DNA from: the human T2T-CHM13v2.0 reference genome, Homo sapiens
Length of the DNA: 64,000 bases
Reading direction: 5' to 3' (one strand)
NCBI RefSeq assembly: GCF_009914755.1
Contig: NC_060936.1
Part shown: positions 42,615-57,003 of the stretch, one piece after another
Position numbering within the stretch: position 1 is the stretch's first letter
Layout of the letters: each line of letters begins with the position of its first letter
Program-made: the position numbers and the translations under genes
The notes under the pieces: generated by a model
Told to the model about the DNA's origin: nothing
Database searches by the model: none
What the model saw: only the letters and a program-made list of their open reading frames with translations

Positions 42615-43773
42615 TAAGGAGAGTTTACATGTGTGCTTTACTTCTAGTCAAACAAAAGCAATCACCTCTTTATCTCCTGATGAAATTATACCTTATTTGA
42701 GCATAAGCCAGGCACATTGTTGCTAGAGAAAGGAAAGAGAGATGGTGTTGAATTTTCTAAACATTTGTGGCTCCATTTGTTGACAAAACCTTAAGATGTT
42801 TGAAAGCTGTGTTTCTGTTGCTGACAATGATAGTTGTTCTATTGGAAATTTAATCGTAAATGGGGTATGACACCCAACTCTTAAAATTTGCTCCAAGTGA
42901 CGTTATCTCAGCTATTATCAAAATGTGGCCCAAGGAGGGCCTTTGAGGCATCGCTTGTTCCTTCCCATTCAGTCTGTAGAAGCAGGAATCAGAAGATGAT
43001 TGAAGTGGCATAGTGGCCAAAAGTGAGGAAGCTGCTTTCTATAGAAATGAGCTTCCTCCCAACAAAGAATTTCATTTCTAAATTGTTTAATTTTGGTTTG
43101 CAGGAGATTATTTTGTGATCCTGGTGTGCTTCCTGCATCTGTTTAGTCTTAAATGCTTCCAAAAACATTTTTCAAAATCCACTTCTGATTTTCTACTCCT
43201 TCCTAATACGTGGACCACTAAAATACAACTCTTCTTTTTTTTAATCCTACCTTTGAAAATGCAAATGTGTGCGTCTTAAAAGCAGATTGGGAAAAAAAAC
43301 AAGTGAGAGCTGTTGGAAGCATAGTTTGAGTGATGTTGGTTCTAGTATTCATGCATCTTACAGAACATTGCAAACGATGTGAGTTTTGTCACTTCCATAC
43401 GAAAAGTTAGGACCTTTAAATTATAGCCACTGTTTATGTTGGACTGGGGCAAAATAAATGTATTGCACTCCCTCTGCTGGCTTTTAGGTGGCAACAGCTC
43501 ATTAACCAGACTTATTTTTAGATGTATTTCCCCATTTTAAAACAGATAAAAATGGAGTGTGGGAAAAGGAAGCAAAAGCTGGAAAGTTGTTAATTTTATT
43601 ATTCATTTAAAATGTCAGAAAAACAAACATCTGCTTCATACAAATGGTTAGGATAAGCAAGAAAGCCAGCAGTTTTCAGGCCTTTCAGTGTTGTCCTAAG
43701 AAAAAGGATAGGGCCCCTTCTCTGTTTTCCCTGAGGCATGTCTCTAACAGTCTTTAAAAATGTACTCAGTTCC

Positions 43774-44393
<620 letters not shown>

Positions 44394-44814
44394 CTAGTAT
44401 GTTTAGTATGTTCAAAACAGTCAGGGAAAGCAAAAACATTCCTTTGGCTTAGGGTGGGAGGAGGAAAAGGATATCTCTATGCTAGTGTCAGAAAGAAACT
44501 AAAAGATCATCACACTGAAACTCCATACCTCAGGGGAGGCCACTTCCATCCATGAGAGAACATTACCTACAAGCCTGGAAGAGAATTATAGCACCATGGA
44601 ATTTTAGAGCCAGAGGACCTAGGAAGCAACAGTCTACACATGAATGAGAAGGAGAGATCATCTGGAGAGGAAAATGCTCCAGATGTCAGGGCTCTCGGGG
44701 ACCCCAGGCCCTGTTCCACTCTTGTTCATCATGCATGGGGAGGGTTTTCCTGCAAAGTTGACCTTCTGCTTGGGCTTTGCTCTCTTTTCCATTCTTGCTT
44801 TCTTTCTTCCACAG

Positions 44815-45030
44815 GCGTCTGGATGCTAACCACATCAGCTATGTGCCCCCAAGCTGTTTCAGTGGCCTGCATTCCCTGAGGCACCTGTGGCTGGATGACA
44901 ATGCGTTAACAGAAATCCCCGTCCAGGCTTTTAGAAGTTTATCGGCATTGCAAGCCATGACCTTGGCCCTGAACAAAATACACCACATACCAGACTATGC
45001 CTTTGGAAACCTCTCCAGCTTGGTAGTTCT
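44815..45030 (+). CDS. LGR5: LGR5 coding exon 5 (216 nt, three LRRs: [72 protein letters not shown])
   Basis: ccacag|G...GTTCT|gtaagt; contained in ORF 44777..45034. Confidence 0.98.
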
Positions 45031-45462
45031 GTAAGTTTTATTGATTTTGCTCTCTTTTAACAGTTTCTAATGTCACTGGAAGACCTTGGCCTTAAAATGC
45101 TGGCTCTTCAAAGCTCAAATGGGGACATTTTAAGAGAGGAAAACCTCCTGAGCCCCTCCCCAAAATGACTTATAAATGCTCCAATTGTGTAAATGACTTA
45201 AACAATACTTATCAATTACCTGCTAGATGCCAAGCACAGCAGGGCATACAAAGATAATGAAATATGACCTGTGCCTTAGAGAAGCCCATTGCATGTTGCA
45301 CAAGGAGTCACCGCACTGTACAGTTAGTACAGTAACCTAAGTTAAACATTCCTTATTTTAAAAAATAATTGATAATTCAGGTCAAATTGAAAGATGCTCT
45401 TCTTATTATCTAATAAGAACTTTGTGAACCCTTACCAAGGAAAGAGAAGTGAGAACAAATGA

Positions 45463-46492
45463 TGTAACTGCTCAATGAGTTCTTTTTGCCCACTGCCCAA
45501 ATAGAGCCAATTTATTAAGACAAGAGAATTGCAATAAAGAGTAACACACAAGGCCGGCACAGTGGCTCATACCTGTAATCCCAGCACTTTGCGAAGCCAA
45601 GGCGGGTGTATCACTTGAGGTCAGGAGTTCGAGGCCAGCCTGGTCAACATGGTGAAACCCCACCTCTACTAAAAGTACAAAAATTAGCTGGGCGTAGTGG
45701 CACATGCTTGTAATCCCAGCTACTAGGGAGGCTGAGGCCGGAGGATCAATTGAACCCAGGTTGCAGTGAGCCAAGATTGTGCCACTGCACTCCACCCTGG
45801 GGAAGAGAGTGAGACTCTGTCTCAAAAAAAAAGAAAAAATAGTTTAGCACACATACAGCCAGCTCAATGGAAGACTAGAGTTTTATTATTACTCAAATCA
45901 GCCTCCCTGAAAATTCAGAGGCAAGAGTTTTTTAAAGATAGTTTGGCTAGCAGGGAGCTAGGGAATGGGGAATGCTGATTTGTTGGGTCAGGGATGAAAT
46001 CATAAGGGATTGAAGTTGTCCTCTTGCTCTGAGTCAGTCCTGGATGAGGGCCTTAAGACCACATGGGCCAGTTTACCCATCTGGGTGGTTCCAGCTGATC
46101 TATCAGAATGCACGGTCTGAAAAATATCTTGAACACCAATCTTATGTTTTACAATAGCGATGTTATCTATAGGAGCAACTGGGGAGGTTAGGAGTCTTGT
46201 GGCCTCTGGCTGCCTGACTCCTAAACCATAATTTCTAATCTGTGGCTAATTTGTTACTTCTACAAAGGTAGCCTGGTCCCAAGGCAAGGAGGGAGTTTGT
46301 TTCAGAAAAAGACTGTTATCATTTTGTTTCAAAGATAAACTATAAACTAAATTCCTCCCAAAGTTAGTTCAGCCTATGCCCAGGAATAGACAAGGGCAGC
46401 TTGGAGGTTAAAGGCAAGATGGAGTCGGTTAGGTCAGATCTCTTTCATTGTCATATTTTTCTCACTGTTGTATTTTTGCAGAAGTGGTTTAA
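45463..46492 (-). mobile_element. LTR8-family (ERV1) solo LTR, interrupted by an Alu
   Basis: Reverse complement begins ...aaaccacttctgcaaaaatacaacagtgagaaaaaatatgacaatgaaagagatctgacctaaccgactccatcttgcctttaacctccaagctg and ends ...gagcagttaca. Confidence 0.8.
45552..45839 (+). mobile_element. AluS-type SINE
   Basis: Dimeric Alu inside the LTR. Confidence 0.93.
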
Positions 46493-47467
46493 TTGACAGC
46501 ATGTTATGCATTTGCACAGTTTTTTCCCACCATATGTCTAGATTTCATTATTTTAGTAAATCCAAAATGATTCTCAAACAAGTAATAGTTTGAAAAATAA
46601 TCAGTTTTCTTTAAAAATGTAGCAGTATGACCCCCACATGTATAATATAATAACCAATCAATGAGGAAGGCTTCTTCTCACTATTTCTCTCTTTGCTTCA
46701 TGCCCACCCACTGGCCCACCGCTCTCTTCAATCATTCCACTTGATGACATGTCTGTCCCTTGCACTGTAGTATATACTCCTTTGAGGGCTGGCCAATATC
46801 TTATTTATTGTTTTAGGTTCCCCTCAATCTCCTTCCTTATATGCTGCATGTAGAATATCCTCAATGAATATTACATAAATCTCACCTAAAACCAAAATTT
46901 ATTTATTAGAAAAAAAATCTTAGTATGGAAGGAAAAGAATTTTTTGTGATATTAAAAAATTTCTACACTGAATTTCACATATAAAGATGATGCTACTGAC
47001 CCACCAGAAGCTGGGTATGTGCTTTAATTTCTTTTCCTCCACTAGAGGAAATGGATTTACACAGATCCAGCTGTACTTTTTCACCCTATCCTCCTTAAGC
47101 CCATTTTCTAAAATCCTTTTGAGAGTTGGTCCAGTTTTCAGTTGTGCACAGCTGTTCTCACTGGCTCTGACCTAACTGACTTACCAATTGAACCAAAGAT
47201 GATAATTATATACACTAATACTGTGTCAAGATAACTAATCTCCTTGGGCAGCAGAAAAATCTGATTACCATTGCCTGTGACTGAAATCATTGTTTCCTGT
47301 TGACCTGTGCTCCCGCCCTGGGAAGGTAGCCATTATAGGCCTTCATCTTTATTAGAAAATGTGCTTGCTACATCTATCCTCCAGGTGTCAATGATGGTCA
47401 GTATCTCTGCTTAACATCCTATATCCCAAAGCCATGCTGAACAAACTATGCTTACAAATATGCCTTG

Positions 47468-48077
47468 AGAATGTAAATTAGTTCAACCATTGTGGAAGAC
47501 AGTGTGGCAACTCCTCAAAGACCTAAAGACAGAACTACCATTTGACCCAGCAATCCCATTACTGGGTATATACCCAAAGGAATAGAAATCATTCTATTAT
47601 AAAGACACATGCATGTGTATGTTCACTGCAGCCCTATTCACAATAGCAAAGATGTGGAATCAGCTGAAATGCCCATCAATGATAGACTGGATAAAGAAAA
47701 TATGGTACATATACACCATGGAATACTATGCAGCCATAAAAAAGAACAAGATCATGTCCTTTGCAGGAACATGGATGGAGGCCATTATCCTTAGCAAACT
47801 AACACAGGAACAGAAAACCAAATACTGAATGTTCTCACTTAGAAGTGGGAGTTAAATGATGGGAGCACACATGGACACACAGAGGGGAACAACACACGCT
47901 GGGGCCTCTCAGAGGGTGGAGGGTGGGAGGAGGGAGAAGATCAGGAAAATAACTAATGGGTACTAGGCTTAATACCTGGGTGATGAAATAATCTTTACAA
48001 TAGACCCCCATGACACAAGTTTACCTACATAACAAACCTGCACATGCACCCCTGAACTTAAAAATTAAAAAAAAAAA
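47468..48077 (+). mobile_element. L1 3' fragment (older L1PA type)
   Basis: ORF2 C-terminus relic (ORF 47613..47828, MFTAALFTIAK...IYTMEYYAAIKK) plus 3' UTR and poly(A). Confidence 0.92.
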
Positions 48078-48360
48078 CAGCCTTGAAACCCAAAGTTACT
48101 TATATCAATTATGTTCCTCATATTATTATACACACCCTGATGTCCTGAAGCTAAAAGGTAAAAAACTGTGACTGTCTTTTAAATTCTGTGGTATAGAATC
48201 ATCTGTGGTATGAGTGAATGCAGCATATAGCCATTTTTTACATTGGCTTCTTATAAGTAGTGCATTCTTCAGTATATGTTTCTTTGGATTTAAGCTATCA
48301 AAATGTTAAGTGTGGTCTGTGCAGTGTGCCTTCCTAACTATCTGTAATGTTCTACTGCAG

Positions 48361-48432
48361 ACATCTCCATAACAATAGAATCCACTCCCTGGGAAAGAAA
48401 TGCTTTGATGGGCTCCACAGCCTAGAGACTTT
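48361..48432 (+). CDS. LGR5: LGR5 coding exon 6 (72 nt: HLHNNRIHSLGKKCFDGLHSLETL)
   Basis: ctgcag|A...ACTTT|gtgagt. Confidence 0.97.
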
Positions 48433-48813
48433 GTGAGTTGACCTTTTATTTGTTTCCCTTTTTTCAGTATTTTCATGAATATTCTGAAGAATCAAAATAG
48501 CCTTAAAGCCAGACTTTGTTTGGTTTGGTTAATTGCCTAAGCTTTCAACAGATATTTACAGTGGCATTATCTTACACACACAACCCCCACAGAGCTAAAC
48601 AATAAAACTGGGATTTTATTTTAATCTAATGAGAGTGATAAATTAGTTAGAATCATTATAAATTAAATGAGATGTTCTCTACTAAGCAGTGACTATTTGC
48701 TTAGAAATGTGTAGTCTCTGTCAAGGATCACTCAGGCTCACTGTTCATGAGTCTGGTACTCCCTGCTGAATGAGAGGATGCAGGCCAGGCCAATGCCTGC
48801 GTCTTCAATCTCA

Positions 48814-49079
<266 letters not shown>

Positions 49080-51327
49080 CTATAATCAAATATTGCACTG
49101 AGCATTTGGCATACATTGTTTTAATTACTTCTTACAGCCATCCTATGAGAGCAGATATTACTATCCCATTTTAGGCTCTAGTGAGGTAAAGTTATTACAT
49201 ATCTAGTCAGTAGCAGAACTGAGATTTGCTTTCTCCTCTAGTCTGATTCTGAAATCCATGTTTACTACTACATACTACTTCCAAAGAATAAGTCAAAAGT
49301 TCAGTTCTTAATTGGTACCTATAGTAAAAATAGAGTCAAGCCAGCGGACCATATCCTAGACACTCTCACAGAGCCAAGGTAGAGGTTCTTGTGGGCCACA
49401 CCAGGGCCCCAGGCTTTTCCCAGGGGAGGAGCTGCTCTTCATTGCCCTGTTGAGAAAGGTGTGATGAGACTGAGGTGATAGGCAGGGAGGGTCCTGAGTG
49501 TGCTGGGAGAGGAGGGTAGTTGCAGCCATGACACCATCCCTACCCTCACATTTTTAATGCTCAAATGCAATAAACCACACAGGTCACTGAATCTGCAGTG
49601 CTGGCTCTGACCAGAACTGCAAAAGGAAAAGACCAAAGACCACTTCTCCTGTGCCCTTGGGGCCCACTGTTCATTTGCACACAGAGCTTAGGAATTTGTT
49701 CATGATCAATTCAGCTTCTAACCAGATCTGGGTTACTAATTTCCTGAGGGACCCTGTGTTGGTGGTATTCTTCTAGCCTATGAGCACTAACAGCTCTTTC
49801 CAGGGTTAAGTCACCCTGTGTTTCTTCTTACGTGGCAAAGATGGACTTGTCCAGGGAGGACCTTTATGTCAACTTAATGGCATAGACAAGCAGTTCCCAT
49901 CAGCTGCTAGGAAAAATTAGAACTCTTATCTACAAAACGCTGGGCTCAGAAATCTCAGCAATGGAAATCACCTTCCAGCCCTTTTGAACAATAACAGGAA
50001 TGAAAAACAAGATGGGCTTTGATGGGTATTTCCATAAATAGTCTTTTTTTTTCCCTCAATGTTTGGGGTAAGGACCCAGGATTGCATGTAAATAACATAG
50101 AGCAAAACATGTCAGGGAAAAGTTCATGTGAGTCTTATTGTCTCCCCTTCCTCTACCTTGCCCAGGGCTACAGAGGATAAGCAATTTGGTTATTCCCAGC
50201 CTCTTCCTTTCCCTACTAGAAATCCAAGTAATTTATAAGGGTCCAATCCTTGTTTAATCAAAACAGAGCATCTGGAGAGATTTACAAACAGGAAGAAAAT
50301 TTATGTCTACAAAAGACATGCATTTCCTGCCTGCAGTATAGCTTAAGGATGGTTTGTGCCAGACAAGTAGGAACCTTGATTCATGTTTAACTCAGTCAAA
50401 TTATCTCTCTCTTTAAATTAAATAGCAATTCTCCACAGAGGAGGATCTAACCACATCTGATTGCCTGACGAAAAGGTTTTTCTGCGTCATCTGGGAAATC
50501 TGCCATTCCCAGAGACCAGGAGGCAATTACTTTTTCATACGAAGATCTTGATATAAGGTAGAGTAAGTCTGTAAAGCACTTGTGAGTAATGAAATTGAAA
50601 AGCCAATTGTGCTATAACAGATACAGAAACTAATGATTTGAGATAATTTGACCACTTCATCTCTGGCCTTGAGGGATAACATAGAGCTTTGCTGCACAGA
50701 TCAAGGAAAACATCCTATTTCTGAATTATTTGTGACTCCTTGAAGAAATTCTAGACCAAATGTCCTTTCTGAGATTACCCTGTCTCACATAAACCTCTCC
50801 AGAAGCAAGGTTCATCCTGGACTTCAGGCTAGGAGGGATGTGGGAACCCTGTGAAAGTCAAGGACAAAGCAGCCCTGCAAGATTTCATGTCACAAGGGAG
50901 TGAAGGAGGGAACAAGAAAAGGGATGTGATCCAGGAGCCCTGAGGAGTGCAAATTCACGCTGGCCAATTAGTGAGCCCGGTTCAGTTGAAGAGCTCCATC
51001 CGCCAGCCGTCAACACCTGGCCAAAGAGACATCTCTCCTACTTAGAAGTTAATACTCCTGCACACTCCCTTTCTTTTTTAGACGCCCCAGTGCCATTGAG
51101 TCCTGACTCTCAAATTTCTCATGATTAGTCAAATGACCATTTTAACGCAGATACTTATAGAATGTTGGTAGTCAGCAAGCCAAGAAAATCTCTTTCCATA
51201 AAGAAAAGCAGTGAGAACTTCCATTAGTCATATGGGTTCCTTGGAATAGCATGTTAACTTTCCTTGTAAATAGAGTATATATGAAGTTTTAAATAAAAAA
51301 CTGAAAATACTATGTACTCATTTTCAG

Positions 51328-51396
51328 AGATTTAAATTACAATAACCTTGATGAATTCCCCACTGCAATTAGGACACTCTCCAACCTTAAAGAACT
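51328..51396 (+). CDS. LGR5: LGR5 coding exon 7 (69 nt: DLNYNNLDEFPTAIRTLSNLKEL)
   Basis: ttttcag|A...GAACT|gtaagt. Confidence 0.97.
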
Positions 51397-51846
51397 GTAA
51401 GTATTTAGGACAATTTTAATGGGAGAACTTTATCCTTTTGTGAATTTATTTAAAAATACATGTGATTGTTTTACATAATATGACTTGCTAGAAAATTTTA
51501 AGTTTATATAAATAATGATAAAGTACACTTGAAATATATTTTAATTGATTCTATCTCTAGCAAATACCAGATAATATTTTTTATTTATGCGGGGTTTTTC
51601 TAACATATATATTAAAAAAACATATATTTCTGTAAGTCATATTCTTTTCTCTTTTTCTAAGCCATACATACTCTCCCACCATTTATGTACTTTATAGATT
51701 TGTAGATTTTTAGTAGTAGAACTAAAATGGAATTTAATTGCTGAGCATTTCTGAGAACTTGAACATTTCTGGGTTGCATAAGTCTAGAAATAAATGAATC
51801 AAACTGTCTGTGCCTAGTAAAGTATGAGATGCATTCACATACATTG

Positions 51847-52595
51847 CAGCTGACCCTTGAACAACTAGGGGTTAGGGACAACAACCCTTGCACAGTAGAA
51901 AATCCATGTATAACTTTTGACTTCTTAAAAACTTAACTACTAATAGTCTAATGTTGGCCAGAAGCCTTATCAATAATATAAACAGTCTATTAACACATAT
52001 TTTGTATATGTATTTTGAACTATATTCTTATAATAAAGTAAGCTAGAGAAAAGAAAATGTTATTTAAAAAATTCTAAGAAACAGAAAATATATTTACTAT
52101 TTATTAAGTGGAAGTATATCATCATAAAGGTCTTCATCCCTGTCATCTTCACATTGTGGAGGCTGAGGAGGAAGAGGAAGAGGAGATGTTTGTCTCGTTA
52201 TCCCAGGGGTGGCAAAGGCAGAAGAAACCCCACATATAAGTGGAGCCATGCAGGCCAGCTCAATGGGTCATGCCTGTAATCCCCGTGCTTTGGGAGGCCG
52301 AGGCAGGCAGATTACTCGAGGCCAGGAGTTCGAGACCAGCCTGGCCAACATGGTGAAACCCCGTCTCTACTAAAAATACAAAAATTGGCTGGGCCTCGTG
52401 GCACATGCCTATAATCCCAGCTTCTTGGAAGGCTGAGGCACGAGAATTGCTTTGAACCAGAGGGGCGGTGATTGCAGTGAGCCGAGATTGCACCACTGCA
52501 CTCCAGCCTGGGAGACAGAACAAGATTCTGTCTCAACAACAACAAAGAAAAGTGGATCCAGGCAGTTTAAATCCATTTTGTGCAAGGGTCAGCTG
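51847..52595 (-). mobile_element. Tigger2a/MER28-type DNA transposon, interrupted by an Alu
   Basis: Terminal inverted repeats cagctgacccttg...caagggtcagctg followed by ta; internal aaggtcttcatcc...gaggaggaagagg. Confidence 0.85.
52253..52550 (+). mobile_element. AluS-type SINE
   Basis: Dimeric Alu; degenerate TSD aagtgga(g/t)cca(t/g)gca. Confidence 0.93.
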
Positions 52596-53522
52596 TATTT
52601 CATTTGTAAATGTTCAATGAATCTTATTTAATTCTAAAACCCCACAATTTTACTAAAGAAAAGCTGACTTTCAGCCATTGGTTTGCATATACTGCCTTTT
52701 AGATGATAAAATTTAATTAGCTTTTTCATATCTAAAAAGATAAATAATCTATGTTAGTAATGTTCTAACACTTGGAAAGGAAAATAAACACTGAACCTCA
52801 TTCCCCTAGCAGTGAGAAATAAGACATACAGCTAAAGGAGACACAGAGGAGCTTGTTTATAAGAAAAACCCTTAGGGTGTTCTGACTTAGGAAACCCCAT
52901 GTGTGGCTTAGCTGGGCAGTGGCTTCATGGCATGGGGTCACCTCATACAGCCACAGGCCCAAATAAGCTCCAAAGATCATTGAACCTGCTTCTCAGCCAT
53001 TCAGACAACATCAACAACAACAGATGACAATCAGCTTATAACTACAGATTCACTGAGCCAGGGCACCTTTCTTCAAGTCAGAAAATTTTGTCCTCATAAG
53101 GAGACTACTTAAATCTTTACTTCACTGCAGCTTAAGTCAATTTTCTCTTCTAGCTTCAAATGGGGTCAGTAGGAGTGATCATAATCTCTCCAAAAATGGT
53201 TTCCACTCTCTCAGGCTTTTATACAATGATGCTCTATTGGATATTAACAGATTTTCTTCTTATAACATTAGATTGTAAGTTTCCATGAAGTGCAGTTATT
53301 ATTTTCAGATTCTTTATTTCTCTTTTAAGATGACAGCACATGACTTTTTTTATCCCCTAGAGAGTAAATAACGGCACCTAAGTTTCAAGATGCATAGAGG
53401 AATTTAATATTGTCCTCTGGTTACTAAAGGTTCTGATTATTGCCACTGTGGTCAGGGTGGGGGCCTCTATTAAATAATTTTACCCCACACAGGATTTTTT
53501 ATAATTTTTTTTCTCTTTCTAG

Positions 53523-53594
53523 AGGATTTCATAGCAACAATATCAGGTCGATACCTGAGAAAGCATTTGTAGGCAACCCTTCTCTTATTACAAT
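53523..53594 (+). CDS. LGR5: LGR5 coding exon 8 (72 nt: GFHSNNIRSIPEKAFVGNPSLITI)
   Basis: long polypyrimidine tract + ttctag|A...ACAAT|gtaagt. Confidence 0.97.
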
Positions 53595-54168
53595 GTAAGT
53601 GACCATAATGCTTTTCGGTTTCTCCATCCTGAAATATAGCATATATTATACTTTGAAATACAATGAATATTCTATATTTGCCTGAGTTTTGTCTTAGTCA
53701 ATCTAAGAGTTCATACAGAAAGGTATATACACATGCATTTTGCCAGGTTCTAGCTGAACACTGAAATAATATAAAAGATTTTTTTAAAGATCACATTATG
53801 ATTGGTATCTCCAGATGTGCTAGGTATCTTTAAAATAATCTTGTAAAATGCTTTTGATTACCTCTATTTTCTAAGAAATAAAACTGATTTTTAGAGCATT
53901 AATGTCAAGTCTGCATAGTCATTCTGAACTTAAACCCGAGTATACTAGAAATATAAATTATTATATACAAATGGGTGTCTTTTACAGCAATAGACTCCAG
54001 CCTAAATTGATGGTAGGGGTTTTATACTGTTTTGTGCTAAGCCTCTATCTCCATTCATTATTATGCCCAAACATTCACATTTATACAAACTAGGATGTAA
54101 TTCTAGAATGATAAATAACATTTTAGAAAGGTGTGTATGAGGATTTATATGCCATAAAAGAATAAAAT

Positions 54169-54318
54169 CGGCCAGGCACTGTGGCTCATGCCTGTAATTC
54201 TAACACTTGGGAGGCCAATGCAGGAGGATCACTTGAGCTCAAGAGTTGGAGGTTACAGTGAACTATGATCATGCCTCTGAAGTCTATCATGGGCAACAGA
54301 GCCCTGTCTCCAACAAAA
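54169..54318 (+). mobile_element. Alu monomer (FAM/FRAM-like)
   Basis: Single diverged arm. Confidence 0.8.
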
Positions 54319-55590
54319 GGATAAAATAGAGTTACAACTACAAAGTATAACTAATTTTATGTTTCATATTTAATACAGTAGAATGATGATATACAGTTCT
54401 GAGTATGAGGCTGGCTCTTAGACAAAAGGCTCCTCTCGGAGGCAGATTTGGGACACCATCAAACCTGAGGTTGTGAATGAGAAGCCTGAATATAGAGGAG
54501 GAGAGTAAGGACAACTGTTAAACATGACTCTAGGGGCACTTCTCAGCAGATGTTGGTCCTGTGCCAACTGGAGTGACGGGCTTTCTGGGACCATGTGGTA
54601 TTTGTCACAAATGAGCAGGAGTCCCAATTAGCCTTGACAACCAGAAGAAAAAAACTATTCATTGTTTCTGAAATGTTCTGGCAATATTTTGGCAAACTAA
54701 GAGTTTTAAAGTACATTGACAATAAACATTAGCCCTCATTAGAGCGTATTTGTGTATTAAGAGGTTGGCAAATTACATTGCCTTTGCTCCTCCTTCTGCA
54801 GCCACAGTACTGGTTTTTCATCACTCTTTTGATATGCTAATACTCCCTGAGGAACTAGCGGCGCCAACCCCCACTCTATATATATTAGACCTCCTATCCA
54901 CTATTTGACAGTGGTGACCACTTTCTCCTGTAAACTCTCCTCTCCTTGCTCCTGCATCTGTTTCCATCTCTTCAAAGCCCGCATTTCTGTGAATGCTTTC
55001 CAGGTCCAGTTGGCTACCCACTCCTCATTTCCACCTCTGTAGTCCCCATCCTATCCATACCTCCTGACCTCCACTGCACCAGCCTCTCTGCCAGCCATGA
55101 CAACCAGATTTTCACCAGTCTGCGTGAGGCTGGCCTCCCTCCCTTCACCGTTGGCAGCACTCATCTTCCTTGAAGCACGGCAACCATCTTGTTACTGCTG
55201 CTGTGAAATGTGCGTTCAGGATGTCTATTTACACTAAATGCAAACTCCTCACCCTGACATTCACAGCCTAAGGCCACACATGGCCTAAGCTAACCCTGTC
55301 AACCAGTTCCCCAAAGCTCTCCCCATTCACCCTAATTCATAAACCAGACTGACTAAGTTATGTTCACGGAACAAAGCTCTTTTCTTACTTCCTTTGCTCC
55401 TACGATCCCATTCCCTCACTATGCTTCTTGAAATTCTTTCAGGGCCCATTTCAAAAGCCATTTCTTGAAGTTTTTTATAATCTCTCCCGAACATATGAGA
55501 GAGTTCCCTCCTGAGAACCCTAAAACTCCTTATGTGTGTTTATGATACTTCTGCCTTATGCACACAAGCATGTATATTCATACCTGCCCA

Positions 55591-56520
55591 GTGTGTGTGT
55601 GTGTGTGTGTGTATATATAGTGTGTATATATATACTGTGTGTATACATATACATATATACATATATATGTACACACACACCATGTATATATGCATATATA
55701 CGTATCTGTACACACGCACCGTGTATATATGCATATATACGTATCTGTACACACGCACCGTGTATATATGCATATATACGTATCTGTACACACGCACCGT
55801 GTATATATGCATATATACGTATCTGTACACACGCACCGTGTATATATGCATATATACGTATCTGTACACACGCACCGTGTATATATGCATATATACGTAT
55901 CTGTACACACGCACCGTGTATATATGCATATATACGTATCTGTACACACGCACCGTGTATATATGCATATATACGTATCTGTACACACGCACCGTGTATA
56001 TATGCATATATACGTATCTGTACACACGCACCGTGTATATATGCATATATACGTATCTGTACACACGCACCGTGTATATATGCATATATACGTATCTGTA
56101 CACACGCACCGTGTATATATGCATATATACGTATCTGTACACACGCACCGTGTATATATGCATATATACGTATCTGTACACACGCACTGTGTATATATAC
56201 ATATATGTACACACACTGTATATATACATACATACATATATGTACACATACTGTATATATATACATATATACATATATGTACACACTGTATATATACATA
56301 TATACATATATGTACACACACTGTATATAGATACACATATATGTACACACACACTGTGTATATATACACATATATGTACACACACTGTATATATACATAT
56401 ATAAATATATGTATACCCGCACACTATATATACATATATGTGTATATATACATACGTATGTGTATATATACGTATGTGTGTATATATACGTGTGTATATA
56501 TATATACGTACATGTATGTG
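55591..56520. repeat. TA/CA-rich tandem array with a core of 12 perfect 39-bp units (55708-56175)
   Basis: Unit gtacacacgcaccgtgtatatatgcatatatacgtatct; 13-aa periodicity in all six ORF frames. Confidence 0.97.
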
Positions 56521-56932
56521 AACACAATTATATGCATACAAGTACATGGTATAGCTAAGAGCTGATAAGATATTAAGAGGAAAGCTCCATTTTTCATCAT
56601 AAGGCCCATATTCCAGCTCTAGCTCTTTCTCTTACTGATTAATCCCAAGAGAAAAGAAGAGCTCAGTGGGTAGGACAGAAGAGGATTTAGGTTTGTTGGG
56701 TAGCAACTGTATCCCAGGTTCTATTTCAAATGTTACACATGCATTAGGTCTTTTAATTCTTATCCAAACCCTACCACTAAGCATTATTATCTCAGCTTAA
56801 CAAATTAGAAAATTGAGGCTCTAGGAGGTAATGAGCTTGCCAAGGTGTCTGAGCCTCAATTTTCTCTTCCAAAAGTGAAGAAAATAGTATCTACACTATG
56901 AATCTCATAAAGTTGTTGCATGGATCAATTGA

Positions 56933-57003
56933 GATATATATATATATCTCATATATAGACATATATACATATACATATATATATATATAACACATACATA
57001 TAT
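56933..57003. repeat. Degenerate (TA)n microsatellite inside a MIR
   Basis: Read directly. Confidence 0.85.

Noticed and set aside
55532-56565. Six overlapping 264-335 aa ORFs and a CRISPR-like regular repeat
   Set aside because: Produced by a stop-free 39-bp tandem repeat; there are no unique spacers and the context is a eukaryotic intron.
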